Below, piece after piece: positions 9,815 to 19,456 of a DNA stretch of 64,000 nt. The stretch's first letter is position 1. Every line of letters begins with the position of its first letter. The DNA lies in IMG/VR virus record IMGVR_UViG_3300008107_000020, one strand, 5' to 3'. The translations under genes were made by a program, and so were the position numbers. Under the pieces are notes generated by a model, which did not search any database, was not told where the DNA came from, and saw only the letters and a list, made by a program, of their open reading frames with translations. This stretch comes from a virus. Taxonomy: Duplodnaviria; Caudoviricetes.

Positions 9815-11188
9815 ATGGGCATATACAGAACATATTTTGATAAAAACAACACTATTGTTAGAGATAGTGATGTTAATACTGGCAGAAACCAAGTGTCAGA
9901 GCTATATTTTGGTAATCTCATCAGTAGATTTTTGTTCTATTGCTCATTTGATGAGATTAGAAACCTTGTAAATTCTGGTGTTATAAATCCAAGCGGTAAT
10001 ATAAAACATATCTTAACGATTAAAAATACAAGTAATTTTAATATTAAGGATATATTGAGTATCGATAATAATTTAATGTTTGGTGATTATTTCAGACCAA
10101 CCTCATTTGACCTTGAATTACACGGAGTCAACCAATTTTGGGATGAGGGTAATGGGTATGATTTTGCCACTGGAATTCAATCATTTCCACAAAATATTGA
10201 ATATGTTTTAGGGCCATCAAACTGGACTAAAGCAACAAATACGACAAATTTTTCAACACCTGGTGTTGTCCCTAATAATTCAATACCAATTGCAACCCAA
10301 CATTTGGATCTAGGTAATGAAGATATTAAAATGGACATAACCAATTTTGTTAATGCTATTATAACTGGAACCACAAATGGTACGCACAATGGATTTTGTT
10401 TAAAATATTCAAACGCCATTGAATCTTTGACATTTCCAGATAGTAGAGTTTGTGCACTTGGTTTGTTCACAAGACACACACAAACCTTTTTTGAACCGTA
10501 TATTGAAACAGTATATGATGATCATATTGATGATGAGAGAGTTACTTTTTATTTAGGTAAAGACAATAAAATTTTCTTTTACTCAGTAATTAATGGTAAG
10601 CTAGAAAATTTAGATCAATTACCAACATGCACAATTAATGGTACTGGATATACTGTCAACCAAAAAACAAAGGGTGTTTATTATGTAACGGTTAATGGTG
10701 ACGAATCAAATTTTGTGAGTTATACAGAGTATAATGACATTTGGAGTGATATTGTTTATAATGGTAATACTAGACCAGACGTAAAATTAAGATTTGTTCC
10801 AATTGATGCTGATAAGTATTATAATTTTAACATAGATGCTTTGGATGATACGAGATATGGTTTATCTTTGAGCGGTATTAAAGTTGGTGAGGGTTTGCAA
10901 CAAGGTGAACAAAGAAAGGTTAACATTCTTTTAAGAAAGCCTTACACCGTATCAGAATACTATGTAAGTAATAGTGTTTATTATAAACTTTACGTTAAAC
11001 AAGGGCCAGCTATTATTGATATTTTTGATTGGCAGCCAGCTAATAAAGCCTTAAATAATAACTATTTTACAATAGATACAACTTGGATGGTACCACAAAG
11101 ATATTTTGTTGACATCAAGATCGAAACCAACGGTGAAACAACATTACATAGTAATGAATTGCATTTTGACGTTGTAAATAAAGCTTAA
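9815..11188 (+). CDS. Putative virion structural protein (beta-rich, DNRLRE-like N-terminal domain)
   Basis: NTG...SRFLFYCSFD pattern; Asn/Thr/Tyr-rich beta-sandwich character; late-operon position. Confidence 0.45.
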   Translation: MGIYRTYFDKNNTIVRDSDVNTGRNQVSELYFGNLISRFLFYCSFDEIRNLVNSGVINPSGNIKHILTIKNTSNFNIKDILSIDNNLMFGDYFRPTSFDLELHGVNQFWDEGNGYDFATGIQSFPQNIEYVLGPSNWTKATNTTNFSTPGVVPNNSIPIATQHLDLGNEDIKMDITNFVNAIITGTTNGTHNGFCLKYSNAIESLTFPDSRVCALGLFTRHTQTFFEPYIETVYDDHIDDERVTFYLGKDNKIFFYSVINGKLENLDQLPTCTINGTGYTVNQKTKGVYYVTVNGDESNFVSYTEYNDIWSDIVYNGNTRPDVKLRFVPIDADKYYNFNIDALDDTRYGLSLSGIKVGEGLQQGEQRKVNILLRKPYTVSEYYVSNSVYYKLYVKQGPAIIDIFDWQPANKALNNNYFTIDTTWMVPQRYFVDIKIETNGETTLHSNELHFDVVNKA

Positions 11189-11192
11189 CAAC

Positions 11193-11597
11193 ATGTATTT
11201 AATTTATATAAACCCACTTAATAAGAATTTTAAAGGTCAATACACCTACGAGTTTATCTTTACAAAGCGTTTAGATAATGTCGAGTATGGTGATGATTGG
11301 GATGTTCAACCAGCTTCAAGCGGAACACCAACACCACCAAGTGTTAGACAGATCGAATCAATTGGTATGTTAAAATCAGATGATATTGAATTGGATCTCG
11401 CAATGAATTCGGACACATTTTCAATGTATGACTGTGTTGAAGGTATTATCGCACTTGGTTGGGAATCAGAATCACCTGAAATCGAAGATAGACTAGTGTT
11501 CAGATATGGGGAAACCATTGAATCGATAAAAGAAAAAATATATAGTAGAGATAAGCTACTAACAATAATAAATAAAGAAGAAATAGATAAATTCTAA
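11193..11597 (+). CDS. Hypothetical protein
   Basis: 134-aa ORF with typical codon usage and tight spacing. Confidence 0.6.
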   Translation: MYLIYINPLNKNFKGQYTYEFIFTKRLDNVEYGDDWDVQPASSGTPTPPSVRQIESIGMLKSDDIELDLAMNSDTFSMYDCVEGIIALGWESESPEIEDRLVFRYGETIESIKEKIYSRDKLLTIINKEEIDKF

Positions 11598-11605
11598 CGG
11601 AAAAT

Positions 11606-12442
11606 ATGGAAACAAATAACAATGATGATGTAATGGGTAAAGCAGCTGCCTCAGCAATTGAAAACCCAGAGGGTATGGCGCAAAGTTTGGATAATTTAAA
11701 AAATACATTACAACAACTTGCGGATAAAGCTAAAGAAGTAAAAGCTACTGCTGGTGTACAAGATACAAACACTGGGGTACAAACAGAAGGTGAATCGGGA
11801 AGTCCTTGGACTGAAGAGGATACTATAGATGAGTTAATGTCTAAAGTTTTAGGTTATACCTATTACGACTCACCATGGAACCAAAGAAATAGATTAAAAT
11901 CTAGCAGTGAAAGGTATAATATTAATGATGAATCTGGTAAGACAGTTAAAGCAAACGCTTCCGAAGAAGACGTTATTGAATACGCTAACACCGTTTATCA
12001 TTACGATATGGTTGATAACGATGGCGAGGAAATTAAAAGCTTTGAGGACGCTAAAAACGCTTTAGAGAATGAAGGTAGTTTTAAACTTGTTAATGTTAAA
12101 GACACTAAACAAATGAGTTTGTTCCCAGCAGAGAAAAAACAAGAAGTGGAAAAACCAAATACCGTTATTAGTAAAATGGACGATGCTTCATACCAACGCT
12201 TTCTTGATGGTATTAGTAATGCTTTTGTACGTAACAGAGTTAGTGAAGTGATTGAAATGTTAAAAGCTGGGGATAAAAAAGGTGCCTACGTTAAATTAAG
12301 AAGTTTGGTTGATTCATTAAAAGAATCAAAAGAAAATTTGGTTAATTCAGAAACATTTCGTATTATTGCAGAGTCAGAAAGACCAAAATTGACAAAATCA
12401 GATATTTTGGAATTTGTTAAACAACGTAAAAATACACTATAA
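11606..12442 (+). CDS. Acidic hypothetical protein, candidate internal head protein
   Basis: Acidic; carries LKES and IIAES motifs like those in the scaffold and capsid proteins. Confidence 0.55.
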   Translation: METNNNDDVMGKAAASAIENPEGMAQSLDNLKNTLQQLADKAKEVKATAGVQDTNTGVQTEGESGSPWTEEDTIDELMSKVLGYTYYDSPWNQRNRLKSSSERYNINDESGKTVKANASEEDVIEYANTVYHYDMVDNDGEEIKSFEDAKNALENEGSFKLVNVKDTKQMSLFPAEKKQEVEKPNTVISKMDDASYQRFLDGISNAFVRNRVSEVIEMLKAGDKKGAYVKLRSLVDSLKESKENLVNSETFRIIAESERPKLTKSDILEFVKQRKNTL

Positions 12443-12443
12443 A

Positions 12444-12575
12444 ATGAAAAATAATCAAATGCCACTACCGACAGAAACGCCTGTTGAAACACCAGTAAAA
12501 ACACCTAACCCAGTTAAGGACCCGTCAAAAATTGACATACCAAAACCAAAAGCTGATCCGAAACCAAAAGCATAA
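12444..12575 (+). CDS. Small Pro-rich ORF, 43 aa (missing from the ORF track)
   Basis: My translation: MKNNQMPLPTETPVETPVKTPNPVKDPSKIDIPKPKADPKPKA*. Starts 1 nt after the upstream stop. Confidence 0.5.
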   Translation: MKNNQMPLPTETPVETPVKTPNPVKDPSKIDIPKPKADPKPKA

Positions 12576-12578
12576 AAA

Positions 12579-12610
12579 TTTGGTTATTTAAAAAGTTTTA
12601 CTTATATTTG
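12579..12610 (+). promoter_or_regulatory. Bacteroidota-type housekeeping promoter (TTTG-N20-TAnnTTTG)
   Basis: TTTG at 12579-82 and TATATTTG at 12603-10, 20-nt spacer, upstream of the ORF at 12642. Confidence 0.65.
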
Positions 12611-12641
12611 CCTTGTTAATAATAAACAAGGCATTTTTTTT

Positions 12642-13778
12642 ATGAGAAAATCAGGACTACAATTGGGTGATTACCCAAACTACATCGCTAAATCAACGGT
12701 TGATAAACTATCTAAGCGAACTCACCCATTGGCTAAAATGCCATACTATGACCAATCTACTCATCCAGAAACGTGGAGAGAAGAAGTTATTGCATCAGAT
12801 CGTTATAAAGAATTGGTTGATTCTTATTGTAACACATTTGGTATGGACAAATCCCAGTTAAACCCAATGGATGTTATGATGTCCGCTGGCTCAGCTAATT
12901 ATATTGCTGTTAGTAAAGAAAATGGTAAGAGACCAGCGCTTTGCAATTTAGCCGAAAAAATCATTAGAGATGAATGGTTTATTGGTAAAGATGAGGTTAT
13001 TTTTGACCTTGAGATACTAGAACCAGGTAAAATTAAACTACCTGAAAACATGAGTATGGAATCACCTTTAAACGAAGAAGAGAAAGAGGAGATTGAAAAT
13101 GAGATGGGTGATGAGGTTGTGAAAAGAAGAACAATTAATGCGCTTGCACAAGGTGCTTCATTAAGGGGTCATTACTTATTCCATTTATATCGTACTGAAA
13201 TTGAAGAAATTGTACCCGATATTACAAGCTATTACCAAAAAGCTTTAATTGCAAATGATTTATTTTATTACTTGATTAGTGACGAAATGTTCCAAAAGCA
13301 AATTGAGGCTGACGATTCAAATAACGCTGGTTACGTTAAGCTTGACTTTAGCGGAGAAATACCTAAAATTATAGCAAAAGCGATTAATTTGCCGATATTA
13401 ATCCATGAAATGATAAAAGGTATTATCTCTTTGTTATCTGTAGCTGGTTTACCAGAAGAAGATGCGGATAAAGTGATTGAATATACTGATACTATCATTG
13501 CTGAATTGTGGGATATTCGTTTATTTCCTGTTGTATGGGCTAATTTTCACGCTTTAATTGATGACGAAGATTATGACATTAAAAAATTAATCTTAATTGA
13601 TCTCTTTAAACGAGATGCTGAAGATTTTATTGATTTTATGTCATTGTTGGAACATCGACCTGATTATGCAAGAAAAGAGATAAAAGATATTGTTAAGGAA
13701 AAAAGAATGGAAATTATGGAATATAATTTTATTAAAGATGACCTTGATAATCTTGATTTAAGCGATTTAGGACTATAA
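12642..13778 (+). CDS. Hypothetical 378-aa helical protein
   Basis: Long ORF immediately upstream of the terminase; no motif recognised. Confidence 0.65.
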   Translation: MRKSGLQLGDYPNYIAKSTVDKLSKRTHPLAKMPYYDQSTHPETWREEVIASDRYKELVDSYCNTFGMDKSQLNPMDVMMSAGSANYIAVSKENGKRPALCNLAEKIIRDEWFIGKDEVIFDLEILEPGKIKLPENMSMESPLNEEEKEEIENEMGDEVVKRRTINALAQGASLRGHYLFHLYRTEIEEIVPDITSYYQKALIANDLFYYLISDEMFQKQIEADDSNNAGYVKLDFSGEIPKIIAKAINLPILIHEMIKGIISLLSVAGLPEEDADKVIEYTDTIIAELWDIRLFPVVWANFHALIDDEDYDIKKLILIDLFKRDAEDFIDFMSLLEHRPDYARKEIKDIVKEKRMEIMEYNFIKDDLDNLDLSDLGL

Positions 13779-13783
13779 TAAAC

Positions 13784-13791
13784 TATTTATA
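13784..13791 (+). promoter_or_regulatory. Candidate late promoter TATTTATA (terminase)
   Basis: 15 nt before the TTG at 13807. Confidence 0.6.
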
Positions 13792-13806
13792 TGGAAACAA
13801 TAGGCC

Positions 13807-15615
13807 TTGGCAAAACAAATTACCGATAAAAAAGAATTACTTTTAGAGTTCGCAAAATGTTCTCAAGACCCTTGCTATGTCATAGAAAGTTATTTTGAAA
13901 CTTTTGATAAGACTAGAGAGGGTTATGTACCTTTCGAACTTTTTGATGGTCAAAAAAAGCTTGTTTCCAATTATAGAAAACATAGGTTTAACCTAGTTCT
14001 AAAATATCGCCAGGCTGGTATCTCAACAGTAACAGCGGCATATTCTGCTGTACTTACAGCTTTTGCTAGCCCAGATCGACCTGAAAAAGTTTTGATCTTA
14101 GCAAACAAGCAGGAAACAGCAATTGAATTCCAAAACAAAATCATTAACTTTATTAAACAATTACCTGACTGGGTAAATGTTTCGTTTGATAAATCATCAC
14201 AAAAACACGTTAGATTATCTAACGGTTCAGAAATTAAAGCCGTTGCAACATCACAAGATGCTTTGCGTGGTTATACACCTACTGTCCTATTAATTGATGA
14301 GGCTGCCTTCGTTGAAGGTGGACAAGAACTATGGACAGCGTGTTTGGCTTCAATTGGTACTGGTGGTAAAGCTGTATTAATTTCAACACCTAACGGTTTA
14401 GATCCTATCTACTACGCCTCATATGAAGGTGCTATTAAAGGTGATAATAGTTTCTGTGTAACACACTTAAAATGGTGGCAAGATCCACGATTCAACAAAG
14501 ATTTACGTTTAATTAAAACTAAAGATATTGTAGACTGGATTCAAAAACCAAATACAGAAAAACACGAAGAGGTTGTTGAATCTGTAATCGATCTACACCC
14601 TGATGTTATAGCTAAATTTATTAGCGATGGCTATAAACCACACTCTACATGGTATGAAAACATGTGTAGAGACATGAACTTTAACAAACGTATGATCAAC
14701 CAGGAGTTGGAATGTGCGTTTATTGGTTCTGGTGATAACGTTATTGAGGGTGAGGTAATTAGAAAACAAGAACAAGAGAATGTTATTGACCCAATTGTTA
14801 AAGACAAAGCTTGGGATAGTAATTTATGGATATGGAAACTACCTGAAAAGGGTCATAGGTATATCTTAGCACTTGACGTATCTCGTGGTGACTCTGAGGA
14901 TGCCACTGGTATGTGTATTATTGATTATGATACATTCGAACAGGTTTTAGAGTATCATGGTAAAGTTCCACCAGACGTTGCAGCGCTAATAGTTGATCAG
15001 TATGGAAGAATGTACGATGCGTTATCAACTTTTGATATCACTGGTGGTATGGGCATAGCGTCAACACAAAAACTTAAAGAACTAGGGTTCCCTAAAAAAC
15101 TATTACACTATGATAATGATGGTGATAGTAACAGCATGTATTACATGCCAGATGAAAATGCTATACCAGGTATAAATTTTGCGTCTAAAAATAGAAGAAG
15201 TCAAATTGTGGCGGCTTTAGAAGAAGCTGTTGCTAGAGGTGGCTTTAAAATACGTAGCGAAAGATTGACAGCTGAGCTAAAAAAATTCGTTTATAAAAAC
15301 GGTAAACCAGACCACATGAAGGGCTCACATGATGACCTTATCATGGCTCTTGGTATGTGTTTGTTTGTTGCCAATACATCATTTAAAAGATTACAAGAAT
15401 CTGATAATATGACTAGGGCTATGTTAGATAGTTGGAAAATAACAACTAGTAACACAAAAACAGATGCAGACTATTTATTAAAAGACGTGACTAGTTCACC
15501 AAATCCAGATAAATCATATTATAATTCGGATGAATTTGCCACCAATAATAATATGATGAACACAAAAGAATTTGGTTGGCTATTTGGCGTAACTAAACCT
15601 AAACCTAATAATTAA
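13807..15615 (+). CDS. terL: Terminase large subunit (T4 gp17-like)
   Basis: LKYRQAGIST (Walker A), LLIDEAAFV (Walker B), ISTPNG, QELECAFIGSG, RNase-H nuclease ALDVSRGDSED and HDDLIMAL; TTG start. Confidence 0.95.
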   Translation: MAKQITDKKELLLEFAKCSQDPCYVIESYFETFDKTREGYVPFELFDGQKKLVSNYRKHRFNLVLKYRQAGISTVTAAYSAVLTAFASPDRPEKVLILANKQETAIEFQNKIINFIKQLPDWVNVSFDKSSQKHVRLSNGSEIKAVATSQDALRGYTPTVLLIDEAAFVEGGQELWTACLASIGTGGKAVLISTPNGLDPIYYASYEGAIKGDNSFCVTHLKWWQDPRFNKDLRLIKTKDIVDWIQKPNTEKHEEVVESVIDLHPDVIAKFISDGYKPHSTWYENMCRDMNFNKRMINQELECAFIGSGDNVIEGEVIRKQEQENVIDPIVKDKAWDSNLWIWKLPEKGHRYILALDVSRGDSEDATGMCIIDYDTFEQVLEYHGKVPPDVAALIVDQYGRMYDALSTFDITGGMGIASTQKLKELGFPKKLLHYDNDGDSNSMYYMPDENAIPGINFASKNRRSQIVAALEEAVARGGFKIRSERLTAELKKFVYKNGKPDHMKGSHDDLIMALGMCLFVANTSFKRLQESDNMTRAMLDSWKITTSNTKTDADYLLKDVTSSPNPDKSYYNSDEFATNNNMMNTKEFGWLFGVTKPKPNN

Positions 15616-15630
15616 AAACAATTAAACAAA

Positions 15631-15870
15631 ATGGCAAACATAATTAAACAAGGTAGAAGCACTGGTCCTGGATCAACATCAATCGTTAGAGGTATTGACC
15701 CAAAAAATTTAGATAAAAGAGATGGTAGAGCGTTGCAAAGAAATGTTGACGCTATCAAATGTTCTATAGAATCTGATGGTACAACAACTTATGTGCAAAA
15801 AAAAGAATGGGATGAAGCTGTAGAAAACTACAAGTTTCCACCATATGTAGAATGTGAATACGTAAATTAA
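15631..15870 (+). CDS. Hypothetical protein between terminase and portal
   Basis: 79-aa ORF with A-rich leader, tightly spaced. Confidence 0.55.
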   Translation: MANIIKQGRSTGPGSTSIVRGIDPKNLDKRDGRALQRNVDAIKCSIESDGTTTYVQKKEWDEAVENYKFPPYVECEYVN

Positions 15871-15876
15871 AAATAT

Positions 15877-17733
15877 ATGGCAGATAATAGATTAACAATA
15901 TTCCAAAGGTTAAATAAGGTTCTTGGCAATGAAGTCGATGGGCCAAAATATGTCATTGACCCTAGTTCGTTTAATGGGTTAAGTGGTGACGATTTGGAAC
16001 AAAAAAAGTTAGAGGCGCAACAAACGCTATATCTACAAAATCAATGGAAAAAAATTGATAATGAGCTTTATCAAAAAGCTGTTTATTACGAACCAACAAG
16101 AATTGCATCGTATTATGATTACGAAGCTATGGAATATACGCCAGAAATTTCTGTTGCATTGGATATTTTTGCTGAAGAGGCTACAACAGCAAATGAAAAC
16201 GGTAAAGTTTTAACAATTTATTCTGATAGTACCAGAATAAAAAAAGAATTAACAGATTTATTTGAAAATGTGTTAGATATTAACGCTAACCTAACATCTT
16301 GGGCTAGAAACGTATGTAAATATGGTGATAACTTTGTTTACAACAAGATTGTACCTAACCAAGGTATCGTGGGTGTTACCCAATTACCAAATATTGAAAT
16401 GACAAGATCTGAACCTGGTTTTTCAAAGATTACCAGTTTAGATGATCAACAAAAAGAAAAGAACATTAAGTTTTTCTGGAAAGATAAAAACGTTGAATTT
16501 AATTCATTTGAAATTTCTCACTTTAGATTACTTGGTGATGATAGAAGATTACCTTACGGTACATCAATGCTTGAAAAAGTAAGAAGAATTTGGAAACAAT
16601 TGTTGTTATCTGAAGATGCGATGTTAGTTTATCGTGTTACCAGAGCACCAGAAAGACGTGTTTACAAAGTATTCGTTGGTAACATGGATGATAAAGATGT
16701 TGATGCTTATGTTGACAAAATCGCAAATAACTTTAAAAGAGTTAATATGGTTGATAAGAGCAACGGACAACAAGACACACGTTATAACGCACTAGCTGTT
16801 GACCAAGACTACTTTATACCTGTTAGAGACCCAAGCCTTGCAATGCCAATTGAAACGCTTCCTGGGGCTCAAAACCTATCAGAAATAGCCGATATCGAAT
16901 ATATCCAAAAGAAAATGCTTGCCGCACTTAGAGTACCTAAAGCTTTTATTGGTTTTGAAGAAACTACTGGTGACGGTAAAAACTTGGCCATTCTTGATGT
17001 TCGTTTTGCAAGAGCGGTACATAGGATACAAAAAGCTCTTATCCAAGAGTTAAATAAAATGGCTATTATCCATTTATACACCAAAGGATTTACTGATGAT
17101 TTGGAAAACTTTACATTAACGTTAACAAGCCCATCAACACAGGCTGAAATGCTTAAGATCCAAAACTGGAAAGAGAAAGTTACTTTATATCGTGATGCGG
17201 TTTCTGACGCTGGTAACGGATTCTCAGCTATGTCAATGACTTATGCTAAGAAAGAAATCTTAAATATGAGCGATGATGAGATTAAACTTGATATCCAAAG
17301 ACAAGCTGTTGAAAAAGCTGGTGGTGAGGAAATTAAAGCTCTTGGTGAAACGATTAAACAAACTGGTATATTCAGAGACATTTATAAGATTTATAAAATT
17401 GACCCTAACAACATGACGCTTGGTGCTTCTGGAACTGGTAGTGATATGGGTGCTGCTGGTGGTGGCGGTGGTGGTAGTATGTCTGACATGGGTGGTGGTG
17501 ATACCGCTGGTGGAACCGATTTTACAGCACCATTGGAAGTTCCTGGGGCTGAAGCTGGAGCTGAAATACCTGGTCCTGAAACAGGTGGTGAAACACCCGA
17601 AGCTGGAGCTGAAATACCTGGTACTGAGGAACCTTTGGCTGAAATAACCAAAAGAAAATTAGAGGCTAAAAATAGATTAATCAACGAAGCTCTTAAAAAA
17701 ACAATTGACGAAATTGATGATTTATTAGTATAA
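15877..17733 (+). CDS. gp20: Portal protein (T4 gp20-like)
   Basis: YGTSMLEKVRRIWKQLLLSEDAMLVYRVTRAPERRVYKVFVGN, QDYFIPVR, IETLPGAQNL, DIEYIQKKMLAALRVPK, DVRFARAVHRIQ. Confidence 0.95.
   Translation: MADNRLTIFQRLNKVLGNEVDGPKYVIDPSSFNGLSGDDLEQKKLEAQQTLYLQNQWKKIDNELYQKAVYYEPTRIASYYDYEAMEYTPEISVALDIFAEEATTANENGKVLTIYSDSTRIKKELTDLFENVLDINANLTSWARNVCKYGDNFVYNKIVPNQGIVGVTQLPNIEMTRSEPGFSKITSLDDQQKEKNIKFFWKDKNVEFNSFEISHFRLLGDDRRLPYGTSMLEKVRRIWKQLLLSEDAMLVYRVTRAPERRVYKVFVGNMDDKDVDAYVDKIANNFKRVNMVDKSNGQQDTRYNALAVDQDYFIPVRDPSLAMPIETLPGAQNLSEIADIEYIQKKMLAALRVPKAFIGFEETTGDGKNLAILDVRFARAVHRIQKALIQELNKMAIIHLYTKGFTDDLENFTLTLTSPSTQAEMLKIQNWKEKVTLYRDAVSDAGNGFSAMSMTYAKKEILNMSDDEIKLDIQRQAVEKAGGEEIKALGETIKQTGIFRDIYKIYKIDPNNMTLGASGTGSDMGAAGGGGGGSMSDMGGGDTAGGTDFTAPLEVPGAEAGAEIPGPETGGETPEAGAEIPGTEEPLAEITKRKLEAKNRLINEALKKTIDEIDDLLV
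17551..17622 (+). repeat. 24-nt direct repeat (EAGAEIPG x2) in the acidic portal tail
   Basis: gaagctggagctgaaatacctggt at 17551-17574 and 17599-17622. Confidence 0.9.
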
Positions 17734-17748
17734 TAAAAAAATAACGGA

Positions 17749-17756
17749 TATTTATA
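17749..17756 (+). promoter_or_regulatory. Candidate late promoter TATTTATA
   Basis: 16 nt before the ATG at 17773. Confidence 0.6.
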
Positions 17757-17772
17757 TAAAAATATTAAACAA

Positions 17773-18486
17773 ATGTTTGGACAATTAAAAGAAAGTATTC
17801 TTTCAGATTTAGAAAAAACTTACCAAGAAAAGGGTGAAAAAGATTTTAAAAAATCTTTTGCTAAGTATGTTAAAGTATTAAAAGAAAATAATGTGTTGAG
17901 AGAATTTAATGAGGTTTACAACTTATTAAATACAATGAGATTTGAAAACGAAGATATAGCAAAAGAGTTTGTTGAAGAATCAATTGCACACTTAAAATCT
18001 TTTGATTTAACAAAAGTTGATGCGTTAAAAACTTTAACCGAAAATATTACCATTGTTAATAATGTTGTTAATGAGAGCATCGACCAATTAATCTTTAATA
18101 AAAAATTATCGCTTATTGATAAGGTTAAATATAAAACAAACTTAATTAAGCATTTAACTAGAGTTGATGAGAATATTGTTTCAATAAAAGAATCAATTGA
18201 CAAGATCAATGAAAGTTTATCTGATAAAATTTCAAAATTAAATGAGGAGCAAGTTAAAGTTTTAAATTTATTCGCTGAAAACGATGAATCGGCTATTAAT
18301 AGCTATTACGCAACATTGATCGAAAGCACACAAAACGTGGTTGAGGAAACAATAAATAAATCTGATGATATTATTGTTGTTAAAAAACTGTTAGAAGTCA
18401 GATCAAAGTTAAATGAGATGAAAAATCAAAAACCATCTTTAGATGTTATTGATAATGTTCTTGATTTAAAGAAAAGTTTCGAATAA
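17773..18486 (+). CDS. Hypothetical helical protein, candidate head component
   Basis: Preceded by TATTTATA; several VNES/IKES/INES motifs; follows the portal gene. Confidence 0.6.
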   Translation: MFGQLKESILSDLEKTYQEKGEKDFKKSFAKYVKVLKENNVLREFNEVYNLLNTMRFENEDIAKEFVEESIAHLKSFDLTKVDALKTLTENITIVNNVVNESIDQLIFNKKLSLIDKVKYKTNLIKHLTRVDENIVSIKESIDKINESLSDKISKLNEEQVKVLNLFAENDESAINSYYATLIESTQNVVEETINKSDDIIVVKKLLEVRSKLNEMKNQKPSLDVIDNVLDLKKSFE

Positions 18487-18510
18487 AAAACACATTTTAC
18501 CATAAAAAGT

Positions 18511-18541
18511 AAAGCCAGGGTAGCGAATCCTGGCTTTTTTT
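18511..18541. terminator. Bidirectional rho-independent terminator
   Basis: AAAGCCAGG-gtagcgaat-CCTGGCTTT followed by a T-run, between convergent genes. Confidence 0.8.
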
Positions 18542-18588
18542 GTTCCATAACTGGAACGGTCCTAAAACACCGCTTATAGCGGAATATC

Positions 18589-18900
18589 TTATTTGGTTTC
18601 CTCAACCGTAGTATCAACCTCATTAGCCGAAGCTTCAGCATTTGATTTTGCTATTGATACTTTGTGACCCGTATAGTTTTTATAACCGATTAAAGCAGCG
18701 CCAATCATGGTAAAAGCCACCGCTTGGTTAATTACGTCCATACTTTTGTCAATGAACATTTTATCAATCACCCCCAATAAGAATGATAAGCAGCCAATCA
18801 TAACGATGATAAAGCCTGATGTTGATGTTACAGATGTTTTTCCGTCTGGGTTCGATGTCATTTCACCGAAAGACCATTTTTTGATGTCTCCTATTTTCAT
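18589..18900 (-). CDS. Small membrane protein with two TM segments, holin-like candidate
   Basis: Hydrophobic GFIIVMIGCLSFLLGVI and AVAFTMIGAALIGY, charged C-terminus; own TATTTATA motif 16 nt upstream. Confidence 0.55.
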   Translation of the reverse strand: MKIGDIKKWSFGEMTSNPDGKTSVTSTSGFIIVMIGCLSFLLGVIDKMFIDKSMDVINQAVAFTMIGAALIGYKNYTGHKVSIAKSNAEASANEVDTTVEETK

Positions 18901-18916
18901 AATATGTGTGTTTAAT

Positions 18917-18924
18917 TATAAATA
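18917..18924 (-). promoter_or_regulatory. Candidate late promoter TATTTATA (holin-like gene)
   Basis: 16 nt before the ATG at 18900 on the - strand. Confidence 0.6.
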
Positions 18925-19006
18925 TCTGAAATTTGCTTTAATGAACATTTTTTCTTATTATTATAATAAGAAAAAAATAAAATATACTAAAACATGAAGA
19001 AACAAA

Positions 19007-19456
19007 ATGCAATGCAAATTTGGGAAAGAAAAGAAACTCTTTACAGACGAGAGATTTCGAGTTAAATACGGTACAATTGATGCTGTTAAATTAAACGCTG
19101 TGTATCTAAATGTTGAATCATGGGTCCAACCCAAAGAGATAGACAACTACGATTCATACATTAGAATAATGAGAAGACAGATTATTGTCAAAATAAAGGA
19201 TAATATTGACGTAACAACGTTTAACGAAAATTTTATTGTTGATCTAGACTTAAGAGCATCTGGTATGTCATCAGATAAAAAAAGTTTTATGTTCATTGAA
19301 TTAACAGTATACCCTAAAGAAAAATTAAAATTTAATTCTACTTTAATGTTTAAAAAAATGCAAGAACTATCTAATCTTATAGTGGAATCTTTAGAACAGA
19401 ATAAACTAAATTACTTTTCAAAAAAATCAAATGCTAGATCAAGAAGAATTATATGA
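19007..19456 (+). CDS. Hypothetical protein
   Basis: 149-aa ORF overlapping the AAA gene start. Confidence 0.6.
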   Translation: MQCKFGKEKKLFTDERFRVKYGTIDAVKLNAVYLNVESWVQPKEIDNYDSYIRIMRRQIIVKIKDNIDVTTFNENFIVDLDLRASGMSSDKKSFMFIELTVYPKEKLKFNSTLMFKKMQELSNLIVESLEQNKLNYFSKKSNARSRRII

